DNA of 63,995 nt, the filler included, from Octopus bimaculoides (Eukaryota): assembly GCF_001194135.2 (NCBI RefSeq). It is 4 parts of 4 records of this genome, joined end to end, with 100 filler letters (N's around TTAATTAATTAA, not from the genome) between each part and the next. Parts side by side here need not be neighbours in the genome. Positions count along the whole stretch, not along the records: positions 1 to 24,629 come from NC_068981.1; 3 more parts are not named here. The stretch is one strand, 5' to 3'. The notes under the pieces are model-generated. The model did no database searches and was not told the origin of the DNA. It was given only the letters and a program-made list of their open reading frames with translations. A program made the position numbers and the translations under genes. Each line of letters opens with the position of its first letter. Position 1 is the first letter of the stretch. This document shows, in pieces, positions 1-11,456 of this stretch.

Positions 1-16
1 AAACAATTCCTATCAT

Positions 17-251
17 AGTAAGTATGCCTTAGGTATAATAAAAAAAATATTCAGACAAATACATAACAAAAACACCAGGACTTACAAATATATATAACAT
101 ACAGAAAATTGCACTACTGGGTACTGCACACATTCTACGCAAAACACTTTCAATACAGTAAACATAAGAGCACCACAGCACATACCCAAGGCGCACAGAG
201 CTGCGCTCGGTAGTGAAGTGAAAGCACGTTATAAAAATAAAACTACTGAAC

Positions 252-288
<37 letters not shown>

Positions 289-303
289 GTAATAATAATA
301 ATA
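17..303 (+). mobile_element. 3' end of an R4/Dong-type RLE non-LTR retrotransposon (family A) with (AAT)n tail
   Basis: The + frame reads ...NIQKIALLGTAHILRKTLSIQ*, the typical RLE-LINE C-terminus, followed by a short 3' UTR running into (AAT)n. Near-identical copy at 2738-3080. Confidence 0.8.
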
Positions 304-485
304 AAGAAACAATAAGAAAAGTGTGACTGCTATCGAATGAACAATATTTTGACACTTAATGTTAATCCTTAAATATTACCAAAATGATGTAGATTGAGAT
401 GATTATTTTGAACTTGTGGAAGACACACAAAGTGTCAAAATATTGTTCATTCGATAAGAGTCACAATCTTCTTATTGTTTCTTTA
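302..485. repeat. Inverted repeat (about 56-bp arms, about 72-bp spacer), MITE/foldback-like
   Basis: 302-357 is the near-perfect reverse complement of 430-485. The ORF track shows it too: SKYCSFDSSHTFLIVSL on - and SKYCSFDKSHNLLIVSL on +. Confidence 0.8.
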
Positions 486-508
486 ATTTCTGGAGGAGTA
501 ACATTAAA

Positions 509-567
<59 letters not shown>

Positions 568-569
<2 letters not shown>

Positions 570-1485
570 GAGCGAGAGTAATTGCCTGGACAGTAGACAA
601 ACTAAACAGCTTAGACAGAAAGACAAGATATGGGATACTCCACCCAAAACATCACACAGACAGACTGTATGTACCAAGCATGTACCATGTTGCAGATAAG
701 ACAAACAGAGAGAAAAGATGGCTATGGATGACTAAAGATGATTTAAAACTGGAAATGGAGGCTCTAATCTGTGCTGCTCAAGAGCAAGTATTAAGAACAA
801 ATTACACCAAATACAGAATAGACAACATGCCAGAAAGTGATAAGTACAGAATTTGTGGACAAAATGGTGAAACTGTATGGCATATTACCAGTCAATGTAT
901 GCCCCTAGCCCAGAAATATTATAAGAGATGTCATGACAATATAGCAAGGATTTTCCATTGGACATTTTGCAACAAGTAAGGACTTGACAGAGCAAAAAAG
1001 TGGTACGAACATAAACCCAAAGGTATTATCGAAAATGATAATGCAAAGATCCTATGGGACTTTATAATTCAGAGCAACCATGAGATAGAGAATAGGAAAC
1101 CAAACATAGTCTTAATTGAGAAAGAAAGCAAACGATACTGGATCATAGATATAGCATGTGCAGCTGACAACAAGGTATGCGATAAAGAAGAAAGAAAGGT
1201 TGAAAGATATGGCAGGTTAGCTTGGAAGGTTAAGCAGTTGTGGTCGATGAAAAAGGTAGCAGTAGTAACAATAATTGTTGGAGCCCTGGGAACAGTGAGT
1301 AAAAATCTTGAGAAGTACATAGGGACTGCAATAAGGGTGGAGCACTTGCAGAAAACAGCACTGCTTGGAACTGCTTGAATACTCCAGACAGTGCTCGAAA
1401 AATAGGGGTGTTACCTTAGTTCACCGGTAGTGAACAGCTGGCACCATAGTTCATCTCCAGTGTTAGAAGCTGTGCAAAGACAATA

Positions 1486-1533
<48 letters not shown>
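568..1533 (+). mobile_element. 5'-truncated R4/Dong-type LINE (family B): post-RT region, CCHC knuckle and RLE endonuclease, degenerate
   Basis: Reads WLWMTKDDLKLEMEALICAAQEQVLRTNY, (C>Y)RICGQNGETVWHITSQC, ILWDF...NRKPNIVLIEK...IIDIA and LQKTALLGTA*IL. (AAT)n lies on both sides (509-567 and about 1484-1533). Confidence 0.88.
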
Positions 1534-1534
<1 letters not shown>

Positions 1535-1536
1535 GA

Positions 1537-1686
1537 GCTACAGGAAATATTCTGCTTAATACCACAGATTTGCTTGTCAGTTGTTTGACCTTTACCAGTT
1601 GAGCATGTCCTTTGGTGGCTGACGATATGTGCATCTCTGATCATGAGCAGAAGTAGTGGGGGAGCATCATAGCCATGTGTTGAGAG
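1537..1686 (+). repeat. Fragment of the unclassified ~555-bp repeat (reverse complement of about 15495-15644)
   Basis: About 150 nt of high identity (roughly 90% by eye) to the reverse complement of the 15190-15744 element. Starts directly after an (AAT)n tract. Confidence 0.8.
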
Positions 1687-2737
1687 CCATATGTTTGCAG
1701 GTTATTAACATCACGCCCTGGAGGAATGAATAAGATGACAGGAGAATATCATCAAATTTATACAAAACTATTTGATTGAATATTCTTCTTTCTCTCCTTT
1801 TTCTTTCCTTTTCTTCTGTCNNNNNNNNNNNNNNNNNNNNNNNNNNNNNNNNNNNNNNNNNNNNNNNNNNNNNNNNNNNNNNNNNNNNNNNNNNNNNNNN
1901 NNNNNNNNNNNNNNNNNNNNNNNNNNNNNNNNNNNNNNNNNNNNNNNNNNNNNNNNNNNNNNNNNNNNNNNNNNNNNNNNNNNNNNNNNNNNNNNNNNNN
2001 NNNNNNNNNNNNNNNNNNNNNNNNNNNNNNNNNNNNNNNNNNNNNNNNNNNNNNNNNNNNNNNNNNNNNNNNNNNNNNNNNNNNNNNNNNNNNNNNNNNN
2101 NNNNNNNNNNNNNNNNNNNNNNNNNNNNNNNNNNNNNNNNNNNNNNNNNNNNNNNNNNNNNNNNNNNNNNNNNNNNNNNNNNNNNNNNNNNNNNNNNNNN
2201 NNNNNNNNNNNNNNNNNNNNNNNNNNNNNNNNNNNNNNNNNNNNNNNNNNNNNNNNNNNNNNNNNNNNNNNNNNNNNNNNNNNNNNNNNNNNNNNNNNNN
2301 NNNNNNNNNNNNNNNNNNNNNNNNNNNNNNNNNNNNNNNNNNNNNNNNNNNNNNNNNNNNNNNNNNNNNNNNNNNNNNNNNNNNNNNNNNNNNNNNNNNN
2401 NNNNNNNNNNNNNNNNNNNNNNNNNNNNNNNNNNNNNNNNNNNNNNNNNNNNNNNNNNNNNNNNNNNNNNNNNNNNNNNNNNNNNNNNNNNNNNNNNNNN
2501 NNNNNNNNNNNNNNNNNNNNNNNNNNNNNNNNNNNNNNNNNNNNNNNNNNNNNNNNNNNNNNNNNNNNNNNNNNNNNNNNNNNNNNNNNNNNNNNNNNNN
2601 NNNNNNNNNNNNNNNNNNNNNNNNNNNNNNNNNNNNNNNNNNNNNNNNNNNNNNNNNNNNNNNNNNNNNNNNNNNNNNNNNNNNNNNNNNNNNNNNNNNN
2701 NNNNNNNNNNNNNNNNNNNNNNNNNNNNNNNNNNNNG

Positions 2738-3035
2738 TAGGTGCCTTAGGTATAATAAAAAAATATTCAGACAAATACATAACAAAAACACCAGGACTTA
2801 CAAATATATATAACATACAGAAAATTGCACTACTGGGTACTGCACACATTCTACGCAAAACACTTTCAATACAGTAAACATAAGAGCACCACAGCAAACC
2901 ACAGCACATACCCAAGGCGCACAGAGCTGCGCTCGGTAGTGAAGTGAAAGCACGTTATAAAAATAAAACTACTGAATAATAATAATAATAATAATAATAG
3001 TAATAACAACAACAACAATAATAATAATCATAATG

Positions 3036-3071
<36 letters not shown>

Positions 3072-3080
3072 TTATATTAG
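2738..3080 (+). mobile_element. Second copy of the R4/Dong family A 3' end with (AAT)n tail
   Basis: Nearly identical to 17-303, with an extra 10 nt (aaaccacagc). Begins at the edge of an N gap. Confidence 0.8.
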
Positions 3081-3777
3081 AGGATGGTCATTTTGCCGAT
3101 AAACATATGCACTATTTATTTGATCTTCCTTTTAGCTTTATTATTATTATCTATTTATTTGTCAGAGTTCTTTTGTTACACATTCTGTGATCTCTTCAAT
3201 GATTATCTGTTCTGCTTCTTCATGTCTCCTCTTCTCTCTGTTCTTGGTCCTGGAGACTTACACTTATCCCACAACAATGATGCTGGTACAGAAGTCAAAT
3301 TGTTTGTTACACTCAGTTCTTTACACAAAGTTGTTTCAAACCGTACTCACATGCCACACAAAGGCACAGCAAATACTTGTGATCTCTTTCTCACTTCTAT
3401 CGAAGCATGACTTTCACTTCACCTTATAAGGTCATCACAATTGCTCAACACACATTAAACATTATACAGATCTCCCTTCTGTTGTATTTTATGGCATATC
3501 AAGTTCACTGACTCATCAGAGCTCCTTTAGTTTCATACTATTCAACACTGGCAGTACATGTACTTCTCTCTTGACCCATTAGAAATCACTAGACAGGTGA
3601 GTAACCATGCCTTTAGGCATGACCCTCTAAGACTTAAGGTCATAAGACTAAATTCAAGAGTATGGAATGTTAGAAAGTCAAATTCAAATAACCTAAAAAA
3701 TCAGATACTGATTGCTTGAAAGACCAAATACTCAGTACATTGAATTTTAAAATACTGATTTCAAATTTTAGTACAAG

Positions 3778-3972
3778 CTCAACAATTTTGGGAAAGGAGT
3801 AAGTAGTCGATTACATCAGCCCCAGTGCTAAACTGGTACTTATTTCATTGACCCTGAAAGGATGAAAGGCAAAGTTGACTTTGGCAGAATCTGAACTCAG
3901 AACACGAAGACAGACAAAATACTGCCAAACATTTTACCCAACGTTCTAACAATTCTGCCAGCTTGTTGCCTT
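3778..3972 (-). mobile_element. tRNA-headed SINE, family B (ggcggcgagctggcag... head), CpG-decayed copy
   Basis: Aligns with the copies at 48977-49191 and 47100-47320: A/B-box-like head and the gagttcaaattc...gactttgcctttcatcctttc body. Confidence 0.8.
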
Positions 3973-4715
3973 ACTGAATTTGAAAATATAAAAATTGATC
4001 TTAAAAAAAAACATTTATTTACATTTTTAAAAACAGTTTATTTGAAAAACATATTGCAACATTTACTTTTTTTTTATACTGCTGCAGAATAACTATTTTA
4101 TTAGGAAAACAATAGATTTATTATATTACATTAATATAACTTCTTTCGAAAAATATAAGCAGGAAAATGGTCTTAAAATATTTACTTGCTGTTTTAAAAT
4201 AGAGTTAAGAAACATAACATTTACTTTTTTATTATGCTATATCAAAATAACAAAGGCACATACAATATGGTGAGTGTTTTTATTTACAAAATAATAATAT
4301 TGCTGGGATATGACATCAAAGACATAAGTGCAAACTTAAATAGTTTAAGGAACATTTCAGTTTTAACATTTTCTCATTAAACTCACGTTTTTATGAAATT
4401 TCTGTTTGCCTCCCATTTTTGGTATTTTCTGTCAGCTTTGGCATGCTGAGCATAACAGTTACATTACATTTTATAAACCAACAAAGATTTTTATAATAAT
4501 CATGAAAATACAATATATATATCGTAATACAATTTATTGTCATTTCAACTGCATTATGTAACTTATAGAAATCAAATAATAATTTAATGAGTGATCATGA
4601 ATAATGCAACAATATTATAATAACAATGGTGCTGAAATAAACTCAGAAGTGAACATTGAATCATCATAGTCTGTTTTAGTCTCTACTTCTTGAACCAAGT
4701 TCCATATGCAATTGC

Positions 4716-4935
4716 CTATTCCATCAATTTTATGTCCTCGTGGAACCATTCACCATACTCTTGTGACACATTACCAACATTTGGTCTGAAGAATTCCAAA
4801 TGGAAGTGCAAATAGTGCAGCTTAAGTGACACTTTACATTCCATACTTCTGTAATTTTCAAGCAATTTTCAAGCAATTCAATTCCCTGCTGTTGTTGATG
4901 ATCTTCTGGAATGCATTCCAAGCTTTTTTCTTCAC
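4716..4935 (-). mobile_element. Relic of a DNA transposase C-terminus (resembles the Tc1/mariner 'm44'-type family)
   Basis: Manual translation in a frame missing from the ORF track: EKKAWNAFQKIINN...ENYRSMECKVSLKLHYLHFHLEFFRPNVGNVSQEYGEWFHEDIKLME*. This matches the SLKxHFLHSHLDFFPxNLGxVSDExGERFHQDI motif. The family label is from memory. Confidence 0.65.
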
Positions 4936-5445
4936 CGCCATCATTTTCATAGCCACAGTTATGGATACAAGCATCTGCTTCACTTATGATCTAACAAACA
5001 ACAGCAACAACTTTTAAGTAACACAGCTGTAGCAACATTGTTTCTATGTTAGTGTAACCTTCATTGTTGTGATGTAAGATTGTGAAGAATTGCTATCAGG
5101 TCAAGTTTCATGTAGAGTGACAGTGAATATATTTTCTTAACTGATTCAAGAGCTTTGTACATTATACCTTGCGTTCCTAACTGCAAAGCTCATCATTTTT
5201 GACATTGTCATTTCACATACTTTTCCCTATCTCTGTTATCCTGCAAGCACACACACACACACACATGCGCGTGCACACACACACACACACACATGCACAT
5301 GCACACACACACGCACACACACAGAACAAGAGTACTTAGTATATCCACCTTGCAATCTCAGCAAGAACCCCCAACATCCTGAAATTGCTACACATCATGT
5401 TTGATCGTTACAAACAAAACTTTTATATATTTGTAATCTTTCAAG

Positions 5446-5642
5446 TGTATGGAGTGACCAACAGGAATAAATGGATATTGGTTCCCACTGTGATGCAGCA
5501 GAATTTTCAGACATTTCAGACATCTTATAAAGCTGTCAATGAACAGACTCCATTAATGAGGCTTGCGACTAAAATTGATTACTTAAAGAAGATCTTTTAC
5601 ACCAAAACAGACATATATTACTCAGACAATAAGCAGAAATGG
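5446..5642 (+). CDS. Candidate internal coding exon, product unknown
   Basis: Acceptor ...gtaatctttcag-like 'tttcaag|', donor 'TGG|gtaaaa'. One open frame (phase 1 to 0) inside a 107-aa ORF: VYGVTNRNKWILVPTVMQQNFQTF...SDNKQKW. No recognised homology. Confidence 0.3.
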
Positions 5643-6953
5643 GTAAAATCTGTGTATCATATTTGGTACTTCAGAATTGTCACTTTTGCATCCATTCTTT
5701 CAATCTAAACACCAGGAACTCTACACTAGATTTGAAGAGATTCATCTTCCTTTTGTGTCATCAATCTTTTGCTAGTTTGCTAAGTGGAGTTTTTCACATG
5801 AGCATGCTGCTTCCTTTTCTTCCCAATCTCCAACATAATATGACATTTTAATGTCAATTTTATCTGATTATTCAGAAATTGAAGCAGTAACTGATAATTA
5901 ATCATTGTGATGCACTGGTGCAATTAAGGATAGGATACCTGGATGGACCAATTTCTTCCTATCTCAGGATCTTTTATAAGTATACATCTCTACCACTACA
6001 GAAAAGCAGTCATTTAGATGGTCTGTCAGTTCTCTTCAGATTCTAAGAATGGTAAATGGCATGCATTTTCTGCTGATACACATCCATCCCTCTAGTGTAG
6101 ATATGTAAGTACCAAAGATTGCAAAATGGGTTCATGACATGTCCTGGTCTCCAGTGGGAATGCAGAATTACTTTTCATATGTCAATAACAGATTTGATTT
6201 ATTTTAGACCAAGGTAAAGTTCACACACACAACAAAAGCAGTTAATTGATTTGTTCTTGCAGTGTATAGAAGTTGTCATTACACTCTCAATAACAATCAA
6301 ACACTAAAATTAATATAATGTAGTTAACATTAACAAATGTGACACACAAACAGAATATTATAAAAACATCATTATATTCTTTTTAATTTTCTTTTTGTTC
6401 AACTCTTAGCTTTTAAAATATAACTTACTTGAATAATTGTAAAACACTGCTCTTACATACTTTTAACAATTGAATGTCCCAGAACAGTGAAAAATACATC
6501 AACAAATATTTTGTAAATATATAAACATATTTTTTGGGCTTGCCTGGACAGTATCTTATTATTTTGTGGTACATTGTTTGTATGAAAATTTCTATGGATC
6601 AACATAAGTAAATTCTACCATTTTTCTTTCTGGAATGTTCTACATAGAAACAGAAGTCTAACAAGAGTGTAATTTGACCACAGACAATGTTAAGAATGAC
6701 AGAAAATGACATGAAAAAAATTTCGTCATTGTATTCAACATGTTGAAAATATACAAGAAATATAAAAATCAAGTGAAACCATTTTCTGTTTTGTCGAGTT
6801 GAACAATATTTTCTTCATTTAATTTCAACTCAAAACATAAACATCTCAAACAATTCTTATATCAAGAAAGTAATACTACAGCACACCTCATCCTAAACAT
6901 GTGTAACACTCAACTAGGGCTCTCACAGTTGTTCCAAATACTGAATAACATTA

Positions 6954-7106
6954 TTACTGAGGAACTTTTCTGGTAAAAGCCTGTAGTAACGCCTTGTCTC
7001 GTGCGCATGCGTAGTCATCAATATCCAAGTTTGGCGCCCTGATTCTTTTTCTTTTCTCACTGGCCGGTGACGATGGCAGATGTCCAACAGCGGAGCTCTC
7101 TAACAT
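6954..7106 (-). CDS. Candidate first exon or short ORF (50 aa) in a CpG island
   Basis: ATG at 7106 gives MLESSAVGHLPSSPASEKRKRIRAPNLDIDDYACARDKALLQAFTRKVPQ*, with an NLS-like KRKRIR and a possible donor CA|gtaata. Below the ORF-track cut-off. Confidence 0.25.
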   Translation of the reverse strand: MLESSAVGHLPSSPASEKRKRIRAPNLDIDDYACARDKALLQAFTRKVPQ

Positions 7107-7260
7107 GTCAGCACCAGAGCTTCACAAATAACTGCTGCCTATTTTCACCATAAATAAATATTGTTGTGTTGATAGTTCGGAGTCAGCGTTTCGTTGTTTA
7201 TTTAGAATTTAATATAGGAAAGCGGGTGTACACCTAATGGTGTATGACCACTTTCCTATA
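6985..7260. promoter_or_regulatory. CpG-rich promoter-like island with NRF1-like palindrome TGCGCATGCGTA (7002-7013)
   Basis: Local cluster of CpGs in an otherwise CpG-depleted segment. The motif matches 11 of 12 positions of the NRF1 consensus TGCGCATGCGCA. Confidence 0.4.
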
Positions 7261-7309
7261 AGCCTATTCCTAACAGTTAAGAATGTATCCCAGTGCCAGA
7301 AAATATTTC

Positions 7310-7700
7310 ATCCCCCACAGATACTGACACTCAACAAGGCTTAACTAAGGCCCGTAGTGGAGTGCTACTCCCATAGTACTACTCAACTGATTGACATTAA
7401 ATCAGAAACAGCTATGTTCCATGCTCTGGATTACAAGCATACTGTTTCCTCTCTGTCTTTTCTCTCATTAGTCTAATCATACACCTCATCCATTTAAGTC
7501 TCCATGACCAATGTCTCTCCACGTTTCTCTACATCTCTCCACTTCCTATCACCCTTGTTATGTCTCACCCTCCTTGCTTTACATTAACCACTATGCAAAA
7601 TTCTTCCTCCTCAGAATATCATCCTTCTAGAAACTTCTCCCAGCTCATGTTTTTCCAGCAGGTATTGATCTGCAACAGCTTAAACAGAACAGTAACAGCA
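7310..7700 (+). mobile_element. Highly decayed CR1/L2/Jockey-type LINE 3' fragment
   Basis: Weak translation resemblance only: ILTLNKA*LRPVVECYSH is similar to LYKAxVRPxLEYCS, and a VSSLxLF-like segment follows. Confidence 0.3.
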
Positions 7701-8931
7701 TCAAATTCACCTCTCTTGGTGGAACAATACAGGTCATGGACACTGTTTTTCCCTCCAGATTCAACAAATAATAAAATGAAAATAATGAAAAATGTCATAT
7801 AGCCAATCCATCGGTATTTCTACTCTTGTTGGTTCCTTCTCTACGACTCTTTCCTTAAGCTGATTTCTATGTCTCCTTCCATTCCATTTCTGCTTCTTAC
7901 ACCATACTGACTTCACCTTTCTAGCATTAATTCTGCTGGTGAACTTCTTTCTGGCACATTTGGGTTTGGAGTTACCCAGTATACCCTTAAAAATTATTGG
8001 ATCATGACCTAGTGTGTGGCTTCCTTATTAGCTTTCTTTAAAACTCTCCTAAAAGTGTCCACGAACCATTCAGCCCTTCCATTCAATCCAGGGTTCTAAT
8101 GTGAACATTTTGCAGAATTTTTTAAACTCACAGGATACTAACTGTGTTTTGTTATCAGAGACAATTACATCTGGTACACCAAATCTTGCAAACAGCTCAT
8201 GTAAGAAGTTTATTACTGTATGTGAGGTTGGTCACTTACACCTTGTGACCTCAGGCCATTTTGTGTAGCTGTCCACTACTATTAAGGAATAATATCCATT
8301 TACCAGGCCTGCAAAATCGATATGCAATCGGGACCATGATATTTTCACTTCCAGAAAAGGTTCACATTTTGTAGTAAGTAGTTTCACTGCCAGCACACAT
8401 CCTTGCAGCCTTTTACCAGGTTTTTAACTTCTTTGTCCATTCTAGGCCAGTATATGAAACTTCACAACAGTGCTTTCATTCCAGAGATGCCTGGATGTCC
8501 CACATGAAATTCTTTTAGCATTTGCTTCTGTAATTTCTGTGGTATGACCACCGTCTGAGTGTACATCAGTACACCATCACATATAGAGTATACGTTCACA
8601 TCTTGGTGGTTCTTTGCATCAGATCTTTCTTTATTTCCTTTTGCTGACCACAGTTTTTTTTGTCTCATTAATAAATTTGTCATTTCATACATTTCTTTTT
8701 ATTTCTTCCAAAGTTACAGGTAGTTCACGCACAATGTTCCACATCACTTTTTTCTGTTTCAGTTCATCGACCTTGTTCTATCACTTAACTGCTCTGTTTA
8801 TGCTATTGCACAAAGTGCTTATGGGTGTATCCCATAAATTAAATGTCTCCAAACATTCAATGCCAAATAAATTCCTAGATTTTTGCAACACATAACCATT
8901 CACTTATTTGGTTTGACCTTTGAACATTATA

Positions 8932-10155
8932 TCAGGTCATCCCATAAGTTCTGTCCGATTTTACCTTTTTTAAAATTGAATGAAATTTAATAGTATTTTA
9001 GAATGTCTAATGGAATTTAAAATATTTTTACGCAATTGTGTGCATTGAAAGTAATTAAATATTATTTTACAGAATAATAGAATTAAAATTTCTCTGATTA
9101 AAACCCTAACATGGAAGTATCCAAAGAGCATTTAAGGCACATAATGAAACTCTGCAGCCAAAGCAACTTGAAACATACACTCAGTTTATGGGAAAGAATG
9201 CTTGAATGAAAGAACTTGCAGAAGATGGTTTGCAAAATTCAGATGTGAAAATTTCAGCCTTGAAGATGAAGATCGAACAGGACGTCCAATTGAGTTTGAT
9301 GATANNNNNNNNNNAATTTCAGCCTTGAAGATGAAGATCGAACAGGACGTCCAATTGAGTTTGATGATAAGCTCCTTCAGGCATTACTTGAAGAAAATCT
9401 TGCATTATCAGTTGAAGAATTGGCAATAAAGCTGAGTTCAAACCATACAACTGTTCATTGTCCTCTTCAACAACTTGGAAAGGTTCCTAAACTTGAAAAA
9501 TGGGTACCTCATGAATTGTCTGAAAGCAACAGCAAATCCCGAGTTGACATCTGCTCTTCTCTCCATTCTCGTGAACTCATTTCACTCTTTTTGGATACAC
9601 TTGTGACTGGTGATGAAAAATGGATCTTCTATCAAAATGTTAAACATCGTAAACAGTGGCTTGGCAAAAGGGAAAAAGCTCAACCACAACCGAGAAGGGA
9701 ACTTGATGGGAAAAAGGTTCTTCTCTCTATCTGGTTGGATTGCAAAGGAGTAATTTACTTTGAATTGTTACCACCTAATGCAACAATCAATGCTGAAGTC
9801 TACTGTCAGTAATNNNNNNNNNNNNNNCGAAGAGCTTGGTTGGGAAAACATTCCTCATCCACCTTATTCTCCCAACTTTGCTCCTTCAGACTACTATTTG
9901 TTTCATAGTTTACAGACTCATTTGGGGGACATAACTTTCGCAAGCCAGGAGGAGGTTGAAACTGACATTTCAGAGTTCTTCACTTTGAAACCGCAAGAGT
10001 TTTACATTGATGGGATTAAAAAGCTTGTAAATAGATGGAAGGAAGTCATAGATAATCAGGGAAAGTACATTGATGATTAAATTTCAATTAAATATAACAT
10101 TTGATCACTTGTTTTCTTTATTCAAAATTCAGACAGAACTTATTGGATGACCTGA
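8932..10155 (+). mobile_element. Mariner (DD34D-type) transposon, near full length, degenerate transposase
   Basis: TIRs TCAGGTCATCCCATAAGTTCTGTCC (left) and GACAGAACTTATTGGATGACCTGA (right). TA TSDs at 8930-8931 and 10156-10157. Motifs: WVPHELS, LVTGDEKWIFY, HPPYSPNFAPSDYYLF. Confidence 0.95.
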
Positions 10156-11456
10156 TATTACAAATGTATTCGCCTGTGAAATGTAATTTTCTTCTCGTAA
10201 CACTGTACGCTATATTGTTTGAACTACATAATTTTGGTTTACCCATTTGTTCCTATGTTTTCTTATTTATGACTGTAATATCACTTCCTGTGTCTAATTC
10301 TGACACTAGTGTTTTCAGTTCACAAAATTTCTGTTTGTTGTAGTCACAAATTTTCCTGCTGACGAACTATTTTTTCTTGTTTGTTCTATTTGCCAATCAT
10401 TCTAGTTTTGTAGTGTGATTTTATATGTCCTGTAAACCAGCAGCACAAACACTTTGCTTTTTTATATGGACAATCTTTTCTCAGATGCATCCCACCACCT
10501 GTCATACATGGGTCTACATCCTGATATTTTTTCTGTTTTTCCTGCAACACTTTATTTGTCTTGTGACTTTCTTGCACTGGGCTTTTGTGGAAACACTCTT
10601 TCCATTGAATTTCTTCCATGTCATGCCTTAATTTTAATATCATGTCACACTCTTCCGAAAGTTTCTGCAATGTCAAATCCTGGTTCATTTCCAATTTTTA
10701 TAGAATTTTTGTTCAGATTTCTGCATCCCTGTCAATCCTTTTGCAAAAACCAAACACTTGAAAGAATCTAGAGTAAGTATATCTAGCCTAAATCTCTTAC
10801 ATTCTTTGTTGACTCTGCCTGTGTAAGTAGTGAAGTCTTCTTCTTTGCTCTTTTCTATGTTTAGACATTTCCATCTTGTATTAAACAGTGAGCTCTTTTC
10901 ACTAAACATTTTGCACAAAATGTCAACTGTGTCGGTGAAATTTCTGTTGGATGCTTTTTGTTTTTTTTTGGCAATATGAAGTTACTATACTTCTCATGCT
11001 CTACTGTCACTAGTCTTCTTAAAACTAGATGCATTTTCATTCCGTCCGTCCAATCCTGACACTCTTTTTCAAAAATTTATGCAATCTTTGAAAGTAAGCC
11101 TTGAAGGTACTCCTTCTTCAGGGTTATATTTGAATTCACTTATGGAATTTGCTACATGGTCAGGTGAAAATGTATTCTCCAGTTTGGTTCTCAACTTCAT
11201 TAAGTGTAATATTTGCTGCTGCAATCCTTGTTGTTGTTCTCTTAGTTCCTTGAGTTGTTGTTGTTGTTGCTGTTTTTTCAACTAAACTATCCCAGCTAAC
11301 AAGTCTTCCATATTGTACGATTTTCATAAGTTTGCACAACAAGATTTTTGTTTCTTTTTTGTTGAGTTATTTAATTTCCCACATGAATTGGTTTAAACTC
11401 CCCATGTAAATATTTTTTTTTTCACTCCGCATAAATTTCTTTTTCCTCATCGCCAC

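Noticed and set aside
3495-3525. CTGATGAGTCAGTGAAC on the - strand (hammerhead-like)
   Set aside because: No GAAA, no stem II and no convincing stem I.
7500-7790. Possible PPT and 3' LTR of the Gypsy element
   Set aside because: No similarity to the 11457-11798 LTR was found; the element appears 3'-truncated.
9255-9368. Direct repeat of about 55 bp inside the mariner
   Set aside because: The copies flank a 10-N gap, the signature of an unmerged contig overlap.
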